A stretch of DNA of 64,000 nt from Gammaproteobacteria bacterium (GCA_021156165.1 JAJNBM010000003.1:1817-65816); one strand, 5' to 3'. Shown: positions 38,701-47,475, counted from the first letter of the stretch. Made by a program: numbers and translations. The notes: a model not told the origin generated them from the letters alone.

Positions 38701-39792
38701 GCCTTTATTAAAATACAAGCCAGTGCTTTTAAGCGGATGTTGTCTAATTTAATGAACAATGCGGTAGATGCGCTTGAAGGTCAACCTGGAACAATTCATT
38801 TACATTTAGAAGCCGACACTGAATCGGTGAAAGTACATATTCAAGATAGTGGCAAAGGCATGCCAGCGGATGTGGCAGACAAGATCTTACATAAAATCGC
38901 TATAACGCAAGGTAAAAAATTAGGTCATGGCTTAGGATTTACTCAGGTGCGGGAAGCCTTGGAGCACAATCAAGGCGAATTAGAAATTGATTCTAAACTC
39001 GGTGTAGGCACGACAATCACCCTCTCTTTTCCTAGAACCAGCGCTCCACAGTGGGTAGCGCAAGAGATAGTATTAAACCCTGATGATACCCTTATTATCT
39101 TGGATGATGATAGCTCTATACATGGTGCTTGGGACACCCGTTTTGAGCCCCTGTTAAATAAAAACCCAGAGCTGCAATTAAAGCATTTTCAATTTGGCAG
39201 GGAAACGCTGGCATTTATCCAAAGATTAACACCCGCTGAAAAAGAGCACATTTTTCTGCTCTCGGATTATGAATTATTGAATCAAGAATATAATGGCTTA
39301 ACGATCATTGCGAAAAGCGGTATACAACGCTCTATTTTAGTCACTAGCCATTATGCCGATCCAGAGGTACAAGCAGAAGCTGTAAAAGCGGGCACTAAAA
39401 TTTTACCTAAACAATTGGCCGCTGAAGTGGTAATTAAAATAAATGATAGAGATGAAGTTACATCCGAAAAAGTGTATGCCGTTCTTGTAGACGATCATCC
39501 CGGCTTTACTAAAGCATTAGCACTCTATGCTTTCGATGACGATCAAATCACAGCTGAATACAATAATCCAGAACATCTTTTAAGAGATCTGGACAAATAC
39601 GCCAAAAACACCAAAATCTATTTGGATAATAATTATGCCACTTCAAAATTAACCGGTATAGAAGTAGCTAAAAAATTACATGAACAAGGCTATACGCATT
39701 TATATATCCTATCGGGCGAGTCAGCCTTAGAGGCACCCTCTTATGTAACCGTCATTGGAAAAAACGAAATAGAACGTATAAAAGATTTGTAG
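35764..39792 (+). CDS. multi-domain hybrid sensor histidine kinase (2 PAS, two kinase cores, receiver domains)
   Basis: Two PAS blocks; H-box MQHDIRTP with HATPase NLMGNALKF...GTGLGLY; REC with LVISDLGLPDG; second H-box VAHDIRSPL with NLMNNAVDA...GHGLGF; two further REC-like domains. Confidence 0.85.
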   Translation: MRSLKRLGEKQRIFLEGVIIMKDDETIKALESEILERDNIIQDQKIKIDQLFNIINTIPGSVYWKDLTGRYLGCNDYQKNMNGGRDLIGLKDNELPWAEKVAEIRKNDDAVISTGAILEFEEHPILASGERITTLTRKAPLYNKDKDIIGVLGISLDISGREKSIQNIIREKNVLKEEKEFIESTLSNIVADMPGHVYWKNREGVYLGCNDRQAKSLGFNSGKGVIGKTDFDLSWGSSIAENFRENDLLVMNTQCMHTVEEDTTIDGVKRTMLSQKTPLKDNKGNIVGVLGISIEITRLKNIQEELVRAKEKAEAANKAKTEFVQNMQHDIRTPCAGLWGVLNILAKAEEDHNKKEALDMAAAASKKLLELCNEAVEFGDLSSNVRPVLEKALNIRELAESIVELNKPAAFAKDLLIHFKVDASIPAQILCDEFRLSRILVNLMGNALKFTNKGEVALNLKAEVDKETHRGWLTLEIKDTGIGIPADKIKTIYEKFSRAVASNTNLYPGTGLGLYVVKTFVDELNGNIELESRENEGTSFKVGIPFKVRWEDMKKPGVEIDEYFRSPIDLTAEVTQNPEAIFQKTSLAKKPFTHTLLIIEDDKTCLFAEKNLLSTYTNQIDVAENVAEALEKLATKRYDLVISDLGLPDGSGNDIVAKVKATPESANYNTPFVAMTAHQDALKHQQAMKAGFTATHIKPLGAEKAVELLKSYPAQESGISPQEVIISPKVEGKPVIDLALGRQRIAANNEEQAIEALGVLWETLQIDIPLLQLAAENNDLAGANAILLKIRGGLYYTGTPRLEEACEVLHTEVGRGVKDLRKIHSLFSAFYDEAKLFAEQFKELVKGVNAQKEAEHLRMVNEKQKALLEQEAKFTQIANQVAHDIRSPLATLSMIVESCTHIPETQRLALREAAIGIEDIANHLLHEYKKKGSDEVTEHEACHPLLVSAALLESLTHKKYQYDKCPIQFDCTMALNAQFAFIKIQASAFKRMLSNLMNNAVDALEGQPGTIHLHLEADTESVKVHIQDSGKGMPADVADKILHKIAITQGKKLGHGLGFTQVREALEHNQGELEIDSKLGVGTTITLSFPRTSAPQWVAQEIVLNPDDTLIILDDDSSIHGAWDTRFEPLLNKNPELQLKHFQFGRETLAFIQRLTPAEKEHIFLLSDYELLNQEYNGLTIIAKSGIQRSILVTSHYADPEVQAEAVKAGTKILPKQLAAEVVIKINDRDEVTSEKVYAVLVDDHPGFTKALALYAFDDDQITAEYNNPEHLLRDLDKYAKNTKIYLDNNYATSKLTGIEVAKKLHEQGYTHLYILSGESALEAPSYVTVIGKNEIERIKDL

Positions 39793-39842
39793 CAGGTTGG
39801 AAAAGGCAATCGTATGAGGCAACCACAGGGGTTACCCATCTA

Positions 39843-39870
39843 GGGCAGGCAGAGGGCCCCTGCCCTACGA
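39843..39870. repeat. REP-like hairpin with CCCTACGA tail
   Basis: gggcagg-cagagggcc-cctgccc-tacga, between the convergent kinase and rpoS genes. Confidence 0.5.
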
Positions 39871-39897
39871 AAACTTGCCATAGACTCAGCAGCTCCC

Positions 39898-41253
39898 CTA
39901 CTCGTCTTCGAAAATCATCTTCCCAGACAAACCATTCTCTTCCATGATTTCACGCAAGGCTCTTAATGCCTCTACTTGGATCTGTCTGACTCGTTCACGC
40001 GTTAAACCAATTTTGCGCCCCACCTCTTCTAAGGTTGATTTTTCTTGTCCTAACAACCCAAACCTATAGGCCAGAACTTGGCCTTGCTTTTCAGGCAGCT
40101 GCGCCAACCAGGTTTCAATATTTTCCCGCAAATTATCATCTAACAACATAGTTGCAGGATCAATGTTATTAGGATCCGCCAGAGTTTCCAATAAACTCTT
40201 ATCGGTATCTTTACCTATGGGCACGTCTACTGAAGTAATTCTTTCATCCAAACTTAACATGCGTTTAACATCTTCAACTGGTTTATCCAGCATTTCGGCA
40301 ATTTCTTCTGCACTCGGGGTATGATCCAATTGTTGCGTTAATAGCCGCGCGGCACGCAAATAGACGTTCAACTCTTTCACCACATGTATCGGTAAACGAA
40401 TCGTTCGTGTTTGATTCATGATGGCACGTTCTATGGTCTGTCGGATCCACCACGTGGCATAAGTTGAAAACCGAAAGCCGCGTTCGGGGTCAAATTTTTC
40501 CACGCCGCGGATCAAACCCAAATTACCTTCTTCAATTAAGTCCAAGAGGGCTAAACCTCTGTTAATGTAGCGTCTGGCAATTTTAACCACTAAGCGCAAA
40601 TTACTTTCTATCATACGCCGCCTAGCATTGGCATCGCCTTTTAAGGCTAAACGTGCATAATAAATTTCTTCTTCCGCGCTAAGTAAAGGCGAAAATCCTA
40701 TCTCACTTAAATACATCTGCGTTGCATCTAATGCTTTTGTTGACAGATGAAATCGTCTTTTTTCACTGACTCTTGCACTTTCCTCAGCCAAATCTTCCTC
40801 TAATACCGCTTCCTCATCGAAGTCTTCAAAAATGTATTCTTCTGGATAATTTTCATCGCCTTCGTCGTCCCCTAGGATCTCCTTTTCTAAGGAAATATCC
40901 ATTTCTTCATCAAAAGAAGCATCTTCAATATCTGTCATGTATTTGCTATCCAATGAGACTGGCGTTAATTTTTTGTTTTCAATGCACTCTACTGCATTTT
41001 CTTTTTGCTTCTTTTTAGAAGAAGTGGCTTTAGTTGCAACCGCTTTGGTCTTAGCAATGACTTTTTTCACTTGAGCCACCACCTTAGTGGCCACTTTAGT
41101 GGCTACTTTCTTTTTAGGTTTCGCCTCTGCCTTAAGACTTACTTTAGAAATTTTTGTTGGCACTGATTTTTTCTTAACCGTTGCTAACGATTTCTTCTTC
41201 GTTATCATCTTTTTAACGCCCATTATTTCCTCCTTGCCCTTTCCCTTATCCAT
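39898..41253 (-). CDS. rpoS: RNA polymerase sigma factor RpoS with an approximately 95-residue Lys/Ala/Thr/Val-rich N-terminal extension
   Basis: Residues 106-451 align end to end with E. coli RpoS, including [15 protein letters not shown]. The upstream in-frame codons are KKK/AT/KV-rich. The Met at codon 11 has a perfect AAGGAGG SD. Confidence 0.85.
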   Translation of the reverse strand: MDKGKGKEEIMGVKKMITKKKSLATVKKKSVPTKISKVSLKAEAKPKKKVATKVATKVVAQVKKVIAKTKAVATKATSSKKKQKENAVECIENKKLTPVSLDSKYMTDIEDASFDEEMDISLEKEILGDDEGDENYPEEYIFEDFDEEAVLEEDLAEESARVSEKRRFHLSTKALDATQMYLSEIGFSPLLSAEEEIYYARLALKGDANARRRMIESNLRLVVKIARRYINRGLALLDLIEEGNLGLIRGVEKFDPERGFRFSTYATWWIRQTIERAIMNQTRTIRLPIHVVKELNVYLRAARLLTQQLDHTPSAEEIAEMLDKPVEDVKRMLSLDERITSVDVPIGKDTDKSLLETLADPNNIDPATMLLDDNLRENIETWLAQLPEKQGQVLAYRFGLLGQEKSTLEEVGRKIGLTRERVRQIQVEALRALREIMEENGLSGKMIFEDE

Positions 41254-41269
41254 AATCTCAACCTCTATA

Positions 41270-41326
41270 CTATTCGCATTTGATTCTTAAGCTTGGTTGC
41301 CTTGGCCTAAGAATCAAATGCTATGG
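41270..41326. mobile_element. short MITE-like element, copy R2, with internal deletion
   Basis: cgcatttgattcttaag ... ctaagaatcaaatgctatg. Lies between the OMP stop and the rpoS SD. Confidence 0.5.
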
Positions 41327-41332
41327 GTAATA

Positions 41333-42034
41333 CTAGGCCAAAAAGAATTTCAGTCCTAAATCAAGATTGTTGGTTCTGTAATCTGGGATACTACTGCCAC
41401 CACCTAGATCACCATTCACTACAAAAGCATTTACAAAACGGTACTCTAGATCGAGCTCCACCGTCGGATTAAAGGCGTAGGATATTCCACCCAATGCTTG
41501 TACCGTAAAAGCACCTTTCCAGGTGCCATCATCGTCCTGATTAGGTTGATGAGCCAATTGGTAATTATAGTCGATGGCTGAACCACCTACACCCACCCCA
41601 GCAAAAACACCAAAACCGGTATCGCCCCGTAGGTTGAAAATAGCATTGGTCATGGCACTGTAGCTGGTGGTATGCCCATCTAAACTGATATCGGGAAGCC
41701 CAGGAACACGTAATTTATCGGCACCATTCCGGGCTGCGTTTAATTCTTCTTCTATACGAAACCATCTATAATCATAGCCTAGGGTAATACCGCCATTATA
41801 ACCTGGATTACTTTCCATCGTTACACCATGGCCATAGTTTTGATCATTCAGTAAAGTGCCGCCCCCTTCTACTCCCAAATAAAATCCCTTGCGGGGCGCA
41901 GGGCTGCCATCAGCGGTAACCACGGAGCCTGCCGGTGGAGCATTGTCTTCATCCCAACTGCCAGCGTGGGCGGTGCTAAAACCGATAATACCTAGAACCA
42001 AGAAAAAACTACTTTTTTTGAATAATCTGTACAT
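41333..42034 (-). CDS. outer-membrane beta-barrel protein (OmpW/Opa-like)
   Basis: Signal peptide ending AHA, alternating amphipathic strands, and an aromatic-rich C-terminus. Confidence 0.55.
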   Translation of the reverse strand: MYRLFKKSSFFLVLGIIGFSTAHAGSWDEDNAPPAGSVVTADGSPAPRKGFYLGVEGGGTLLNDQNYGHGVTMESNPGYNGGITLGYDYRWFRIEEELNAARNGADKLRVPGLPDISLDGHTTSYSAMTNAIFNLRGDTGFGVFAGVGVGGSAIDYNYQLAHQPNQDDDGTWKGAFTVQALGGISYAFNPTVELDLEYRFVNAFVVNGDLGGGSSIPDYRTNNLDLGLKFFLA

Positions 42035-42114
42035 AAATTATACTCCATCTTCATTTCTTTAAGGCAACAAAAAACTTGCGCAGGCATGCAACCAAAACTA
42101 CAAGTGAAACAACA

Positions 42115-43494
42115 TCATACAGGGTTTATGAGTGGGGGTAAAGCACCGAATTGTAAAATAACTGCAATTTTTTGGCTGAGGGCCAATAGTGGGCGATCGC
42201 TTAATTTAGGGCCGCTGATTTGCAGACCTACGGGCAATCCTTGAGACGTTAAACCGCAAGGCACCGTAATACTGGGTTGCCCCGTCATATTAAATAAGCA
42301 CGTAAACGGAGTCCAATTATCCAAAGCACTAACTGACTTTGCATGCGGTGAATCAAGGCCTATATCAAATGCAGGAATAGGCACGGTGGGTGTTAATAAG
42401 GCATCATAGTCGTTAAAAAATGCCTGCATCGCTTCACTCACACTAAGGCGGGTAGATTCTGCCTGTAAATATTCTAATAACGTCATAGTCTCACCCAGCT
42501 GTGCGATACGCACAAAACCGGGATCTAATTGCCGTTGTTCTACAGCCGTTAAATCTGCATAAGATTCATAAGAACCAGCCTGCCAAATATGCGCAAATGC
42601 AGATAAGTACTTACCCACAGGTGGCGTTTTTTCCTCTAAAACAAATCTGTGTTCACGCAAAACAGCGATGCTACGCTGGAATATAATCGCTACTTCTGGG
42701 TCTAATTCAGCAAACCCAAAATCAGAACTGTAAGCCAACCGGTACAATTCTTTGTGCTGAATACTAGGCAAGGGAACATAATTCACTGCGCGCTTATCTT
42801 CTTGATTTAAGATGGGCAACAGCGTTTCTATATCGGCAATTTCTCGCGCCAACACACCCACATCTACCAGTTGCGCCAAATTATGCAACGGATAGAGGGG
42901 AAATAAATCGTGTGTAGGTTTATAACCTATAACGCCACAAAATGCCCCTGGAATACGGATAGAGCCACCACCATCGGTGCCTATGGCTGCCACCCCTAAA
43001 CCCAAAGCCACTGCTACTGCAGCGCCGCCACTAGAGCCGCCGCAGGTTTTATTTACATCCCAAGGATTGCGTGTAATACCCGTAACGGGACTATCGGTTG
43101 CACCTTTCCATCCCCATTGCGGCATAGTCGTTTTAGCGAATAACACGGCTCCCGCTAAGCGCAAATGATGCACTACCGGCGCATCCGCTTTACTGCTTGC
43201 TTCTGTCCTGATGCTTGCTCCAGCATGCATGGGCCAAGTGCGTACTTCCAAGCTGTCTTTGATGCTAATAGGCCAACCATCTATGGGCGACAGCGCTTTA
43301 CCCTGCTGCCAACGTAAAGTAGACGCCTTAGCCATTTCTAAGGATTCTTCTTCCGCCAAATAAGAAAAAGCATTCACTTCTGGATTGTATTGTTTTAAGC
43401 GTTGCCATAATTGCGTACAGACCTGCAACGGCGTGAGTGAGCCCTCTTTATAAGCTAAAGTTAATGCTTGTCCGGTTAGAAATTGCTTAGTCAT
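42115..43494 (-). CDS. amidase (amidase-signature family)
   Basis: GGSSGGAAVAVA Ser-cisSer-Lys signature region and a central Gly/Ser-rich motif. Confidence 0.85.
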   Translation of the reverse strand: MTKQFLTGQALTLAYKEGSLTPLQVCTQLWQRLKQYNPEVNAFSYLAEEESLEMAKASTLRWQQGKALSPIDGWPISIKDSLEVRTWPMHAGASIRTEASSKADAPVVHHLRLAGAVLFAKTTMPQWGWKGATDSPVTGITRNPWDVNKTCGGSSGGAAVAVALGLGVAAIGTDGGGSIRIPGAFCGVIGYKPTHDLFPLYPLHNLAQLVDVGVLAREIADIETLLPILNQEDKRAVNYVPLPSIQHKELYRLAYSSDFGFAELDPEVAIIFQRSIAVLREHRFVLEEKTPPVGKYLSAFAHIWQAGSYESYADLTAVEQRQLDPGFVRIAQLGETMTLLEYLQAESTRLSVSEAMQAFFNDYDALLTPTVPIPAFDIGLDSPHAKSVSALDNWTPFTCLFNMTGQPSITVPCGLTSQGLPVGLQISGPKLSDRPLLALSQKIAVILQFGALPPLINPV

Positions 43495-43502
43495 ATTTTC
43501 CC

Positions 43503-44546
43503 TTAAAATAAAGAACCTTGCTCAACAACGCTGTCTACATCATGAAACCTCAACCCTATCCCCAACAAACGAATAGGCTGAGAATAAACTAATACGCGTT
43601 TTAATAAAGTGACAAACGCACCTAAATCATCTGAATTGCTGCTGATTTCTGCCGATTTAATCTTAAAGTTATTCAGTTTTATCTTTACAAACTGACTTTT
43701 AATTTTGTGCGAGCTCGCTCTCCTGCTTTGTAGTAAACGTACGTGCAAATCGCATAAGTCCTGGTGTATTACGTTAAAATCGCTGCGATCCTGTTCAAAA
43801 GTGGTTTCAACGCTGATAGATTTTCTAGGCCTATTCGGCTCGACAACGCGTTTATCAATCCCCCTAGATTGATAGTACAGGGTTTGACCAAACTTACCAA
43901 ATTCTTGGATCAATTGCAGCAAGCTTAATTGCTGTATATCGGAACATTTTTTTAAGCCCCTATGATGTAACCGTTCTAACATAACTCGACCCACACCGAA
44001 GATCTTTTCTACTGGCAAATCTTTAATAAAAACTTCCACCTGATGAGGGGGAATAACGTATAAGCCATTTGGTTTATTTAAACCACTAGCTATTTTAGCT
44101 AAAAATTTATTAGGGGCTACGCCTGCCGAGGCCGTCAATTGCTCTTTCTGCCAGATACGGTGCACGATGGCTTGCGCCATTAGAGTCGCGCTGTTGTTAT
44201 AGTCCTTATTTAGGCTCACGTCTAAATAAGCCTCATCTAAGGCCAACGGTTCCACTAAAGGGGTAAATTCATAAAAAACACCCTGTATGCTTTTAGAAAC
44301 CGCTTTATATTTTTCAAAACAGACGGGCAAAATAACTAAATTTTGACACAGTTGTTTCGCCTTTTGTGTAGGCATACCCGAATGCACACCAAACTTTCTA
44401 GCCGCATAATTGCAAGTGCATAAAACACTGCGCGCAGAATCTCCGCCCACCGCCACAGGTTTATCCATTAAGCTCGGATTATCGCGTATTTCAATGGCGG
44501 CATAGAAACAATCCATATCGATGTGAATAATTTTTCGATTGAGCAT
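43503..44546 (-). CDS. dinB: DNA polymerase IV
   Basis: N-terminus IIHIDMDCFYAAIE. Full-length Y-family polymerase. Confidence 0.95.
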   Translation of the reverse strand: MLNRKIIHIDMDCFYAAIEIRDNPSLMDKPVAVGGDSARSVLCTCNYAARKFGVHSGMPTQKAKQLCQNLVILPVCFEKYKAVSKSIQGVFYEFTPLVEPLALDEAYLDVSLNKDYNNSATLMAQAIVHRIWQKEQLTASAGVAPNKFLAKIASGLNKPNGLYVIPPHQVEVFIKDLPVEKIFGVGRVMLERLHHRGLKKCSDIQQLSLLQLIQEFGKFGQTLYYQSRGIDKRVVEPNRPRKSISVETTFEQDRSDFNVIHQDLCDLHVRLLQSRRASSHKIKSQFVKIKLNNFKIKSAEISSNSDDLGAFVTLLKRVLVYSQPIRLLGIGLRFHDVDSVVEQGSLF

Positions 44547-44654
44547 AAAGATGTGTTAGGCCTTTCTCCACAATTGTGTAAATTATGCCGGTTATGGCGC
44601 AAAAAAGGAAGAACTTGTTTTCTCCTTCAAAATATGGTGCAATAGCCGCTCTTT

Positions 44655-44768
44655 ATGGTAGTTTGCCTATCCATTTGCGACAGTACGCTGCAAACCCCGC
44701 CAGACTCGGAAGAGAGCAACGGTAGTGGTTGAATTGTGTGCAGATTGTGGTGGGTGAACTGCCCTCCT
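44655..44768 (+). ncRNA. ffs: signal recognition particle RNA (4.5S, small type), immediately upstream of dnaX
   Basis: CCAGACUC-GGAA-GAGAGCAACGG matches the domain IV GNRA tetraloop and asymmetric loop (E. coli CCAGGUCC-GGAA-GGAAGCAGCC). Flanking arms pair. The ends are approximate. Confidence 0.5.
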
Positions 44769-44780
44769 TGAATAGAAACG

Positions 44781-45902
44781 GTGCATACTATGCCAAATCA
44801 TGTATTAGCGCGTAAATGGCGTCCCCAATCCTTTACAGAAGTCATAGGCCAAGCTGCTATTGTGCAGGCTTTAACCCATGCTTTGGAAAGCGGTCGTTTG
44901 CACCATGCGTATTTATTCAGCGGTACACGCGGCATAGGCAAAACCTCTCTGGCTAGATTATTGGCAAAATGCTTGTCCTGTGAAAAAGGACCCACAGCTA
45001 CACCCTGTGGTCAATGTCATCCCTGTTTAACCATAGCGCAAGGCAATTATCTAGATCTATTAGAAATCGACGCGGCTTCTCGTACCAAGGTTGAAGACAC
45101 CCGCGAACTCTTAGAAAGTGTGCAATATCCTCCTATTATGGGCCGTTATAAAATTATTTTAATCGATGAAGTGCATATGCTCTCTGGCCACAGCTTTAAT
45201 GCCTTATTAAAAACACTCGAAGAACCGCCCAAACACGTTATCTTCTTGCTGGCCACTACCGAACCTGAAAAGTTGCCGAATACCGTTTTATCGCGTTGTT
45301 TACATTTCACCTTAAAACCACTGACCAACGACGTCTTAAGCGAGCATTTTAATCACATTTTACAACGAGAGCATATTCGCTTTGACCCTAATGCGCTCAC
45401 TTTAATTGCTAAAGCTGCTTGCGGCAGCGTACGCGATGGTTTAAGCCTATTGGAACGGTGCATCGCCTTTTGTGGCAGTGATATCACCGTGGCTAAAATC
45501 AGCGAATTATTAGGCCTAGCCGACAGCCATACTGTACAGCAGCTATTAGATACCTTAATAAAAAATGACGCGGTCAGTGGATTAACACTCATTCGTGCTT
45601 TAGCCGAGAAAGGCGCTGATTTTAGTGGGGTATTAGAAGCTTTTATCGAATTATTACATCAATTGGCTTTACAACAGGTATTACAAAAAGACAATCCTAC
45701 CCTTCTTAGCGCCGAACGCATACAGTTGTATTATCAAATTGCCTTAATAGGACGGCGCGATCTGCCGCTTGCCCCTGATCCGCAGATGGGCTTTGAAATG
45801 CTCTACATCCGCTTATTGTCCTTTCAACCTTGGCATGAAGAAAATGAGGTGCTTCCTGTTGTAAAAAAAAAACTTTCAATCCCCGCGATGAATCCAATAT
45901 AA
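44781..45902 (+). CDS. dnaX: DNA polymerase III gamma-length product (domains I-III) in the zero frame
   Basis: Walker A GTRGIGKTS and zinc module CxxCxxC. The zero frame stops 9 codons after an A10 run at 45863-45872. Confidence 0.9.
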   Translation: MHTMPNHVLARKWRPQSFTEVIGQAAIVQALTHALESGRLHHAYLFSGTRGIGKTSLARLLAKCLSCEKGPTATPCGQCHPCLTIAQGNYLDLLEIDAASRTKVEDTRELLESVQYPPIMGRYKIILIDEVHMLSGHSFNALLKTLEEPPKHVIFLLATTEPEKLPNTVLSRCLHFTLKPLTNDVLSEHFNHILQREHIRFDPNALTLIAKAACGSVRDGLSLLERCIAFCGSDITVAKISELLGLADSHTVQQLLDTLIKNDAVSGLTLIRALAEKGADFSGVLEAFIELLHQLALQQVLQKDNPTLLSAERIQLYYQIALIGRRDLPLAPDPQMGFEMLYIRLLSFQPWHEENEVLPVVKKKLSIPAMNPI

Positions 45903-46285
45903 ACTGGAATGAACTGTATCCTCAACTTAACTTAAATGGTTTATGTGCTGTGTTAGCAAACCATTGCGCCTTAATCAGCACCCTAGATAATCATTGGCAT
46001 TTTGCACTGAACCAAGAACACAGCGCCTTACACGATAAACAGCAAGAAACTCTTTTGGCTAAAGCCTTAAGCACCCATTTCAATACAACCATACAGGTTT
46101 CTATTGAAATGGTCACCGAGGCTATTACGACCCCAGAAAAAGCCCAGCGCCAAAAGGCAGAGGCGTCTCTAGCCACTGCCCACCGCTCCCTACAAGAAAA
46201 CCCCCGCTTTAGGCAGATTATGGAACAATTTCGTGCTACAATAGTTCCCGGCTCAATAACGAGCCTAGAACAAGACGAGGTTTAA
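45848..46285 (+). CDS. dnaX: tau-specific C-terminal segment of DnaX, in the -1 frame relative to 44781
   Basis: The -1 frame is open from 45848 through the A10 run. It encodes NWNELYPQLNLNGLCAVLANHC...NPRFRQIMEQFRATIVPGS, which is collinear with tau C-termini. Confidence 0.7.
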   Translation, partial: GASCCKKKTFNPRDESNINWNELYPQLNLNGLCAVLANHCALISTLDNHWHFALNQEHSALHDKQQETLLAKALSTHFNTTIQVSIEMVTEAITTPEKAQRQKAEASLATAHRSLQENPRFRQIMEQFRATIVPGSITSLEQDEV

Positions 46286-46288
46286 ACA

Positions 46289-46636
46289 ATGAGCGATAAT
46301 TTATCAAAATTAATGCAACAAGCGAAAGATTTACAAGCCAATATGAAAAAGGCCCAAGAAGAACTCGCTGCTATGATAATAGTCGGCGCGGCTGGCGGTG
46401 ATATGGTACAAGTCTCTTTAAACGGTTTACATTACTGTAAAAAAATCCTAATTAACGCCACTGCTGTGCCCGGCATGACCCCTGAAAACATTAAGTTATT
46501 GGAAGTCATGATCGCAGCCGCTATCAATGATGCGACGGCCAAAATTGAAAAACGCTCACGCGAGAAACTATCTGCGCTTGCGGGCAATTTGGGATCGCTG
46601 CCTGAAGGCTTTGGTGGCATGGGTGACGGTGCTTAA
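46289..46636 (+). CDS. ybaB: nucleoid-associated protein YbaB/EbfC
   Basis: 115 aa. Conserved position directly after dnaX. Confidence 0.9.
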   Translation: MSDNLSKLMQQAKDLQANMKKAQEELAAMIIVGAAGGDMVQVSLNGLHYCKKILINATAVPGMTPENIKLLEVMIAAAINDATAKIEKRSREKLSALAGNLGSLPEGFGGMGDGA

Positions 46637-46694
46637 GGGGACTGCTTGTACCCTATGAAATAAATTCCAATAACACAGAATAGCAAGTACCCGG

Positions 46695-46829
46695 CATTGC
46701 GAGCTTGCGAAGCAACCCAGGAAAATGTTGATAATGAAAAGGACAGCACTTACGACAGGACTCATAAACAACATGAAACCTTATAAAATAGTGATTTTTA
46801 CCTCTGGATTGCTTCGCAAGCTCGCAATG
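46695..46829. mobile_element. 135-bp element with perfect 21-bp terminal inverted repeats, inserted between ybaB and recR
   Basis: cattgcgagcttgcgaagcaa at 46695-46715 and its exact reverse complement at 46809-46829. A different family from the R MITEs. Confidence 0.5.
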
Positions 46830-46869
46830 ACGAGGTTAGCCAAATTGCATAGTTACGAAAGAAGGGAGA

Positions 46870-47475
46870 GTGGTTACGATGAGTTTTAGCCCGCTAATAG
46901 ACAAATTGATAGCCCAATTGCGTTTTTTACCGGGCGTAGGACCAAAATCGGCCCAGCGCATGGCCTTTCAATTATTAGCGCGCAATCGCCCGGCTGGTAA
47001 ACAATTGGCTGAAGCCTTACTTGCAGCTATGAATGAAGTCGGGCATTGCGATCTGTGTCGTACATTCAGTGAAAGCGCGCGCTGTCAATTATGTGCTAAT
47101 CCTAGGCGCGATCACCGTTTATTGTGTGTAGTTGAATCGCCAGCCGATCTACTGGCCATAGAGCAAACTGGTTTTCATGGCTTATATTTTGTGTTAATGG
47201 GTCATCTATCGCCCTTAGATGGTATTGGTCCAGAACAATTGGGGCTAGGGTTATTAAAACAAAGATTTCAAAGCGAAGACATAGGCGAATTGATCATCGC
47301 CACTAATCCCACCGTAGAAGGCGAAGCAACGGCCCATTACATACACGAATTAAGTCTGCCTTATTCCTTGCGGGTTACACGTATTGCCCATGGCGTGCCC
47401 TTAGGCGGAGAATTGGAATTCATTGACGGCGGCACTTTAGCACGGGCATTAGCCAGCCGCGAAACTTTGGCATAA
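46870..47475 (+). CDS. recR: recombination protein RecR
   Basis: HhH motif [11 protein letters not shown]4 zinc finger and Toprim domain. Confidence 0.95.
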   Translation: MVTMSFSPLIDKLIAQLRFLPGVGPKSAQRMAFQLLARNRPAGKQLAEALLAAMNEVGHCDLCRTFSESARCQLCANPRRDHRLLCVVESPADLLAIEQTGFHGLYFVLMGHLSPLDGIGPEQLGLGLLKQRFQSEDIGELIIATNPTVEGEATAHYIHELSLPYSLRVTRIAHGVPLGGELEFIDGGTLARALASRETLA

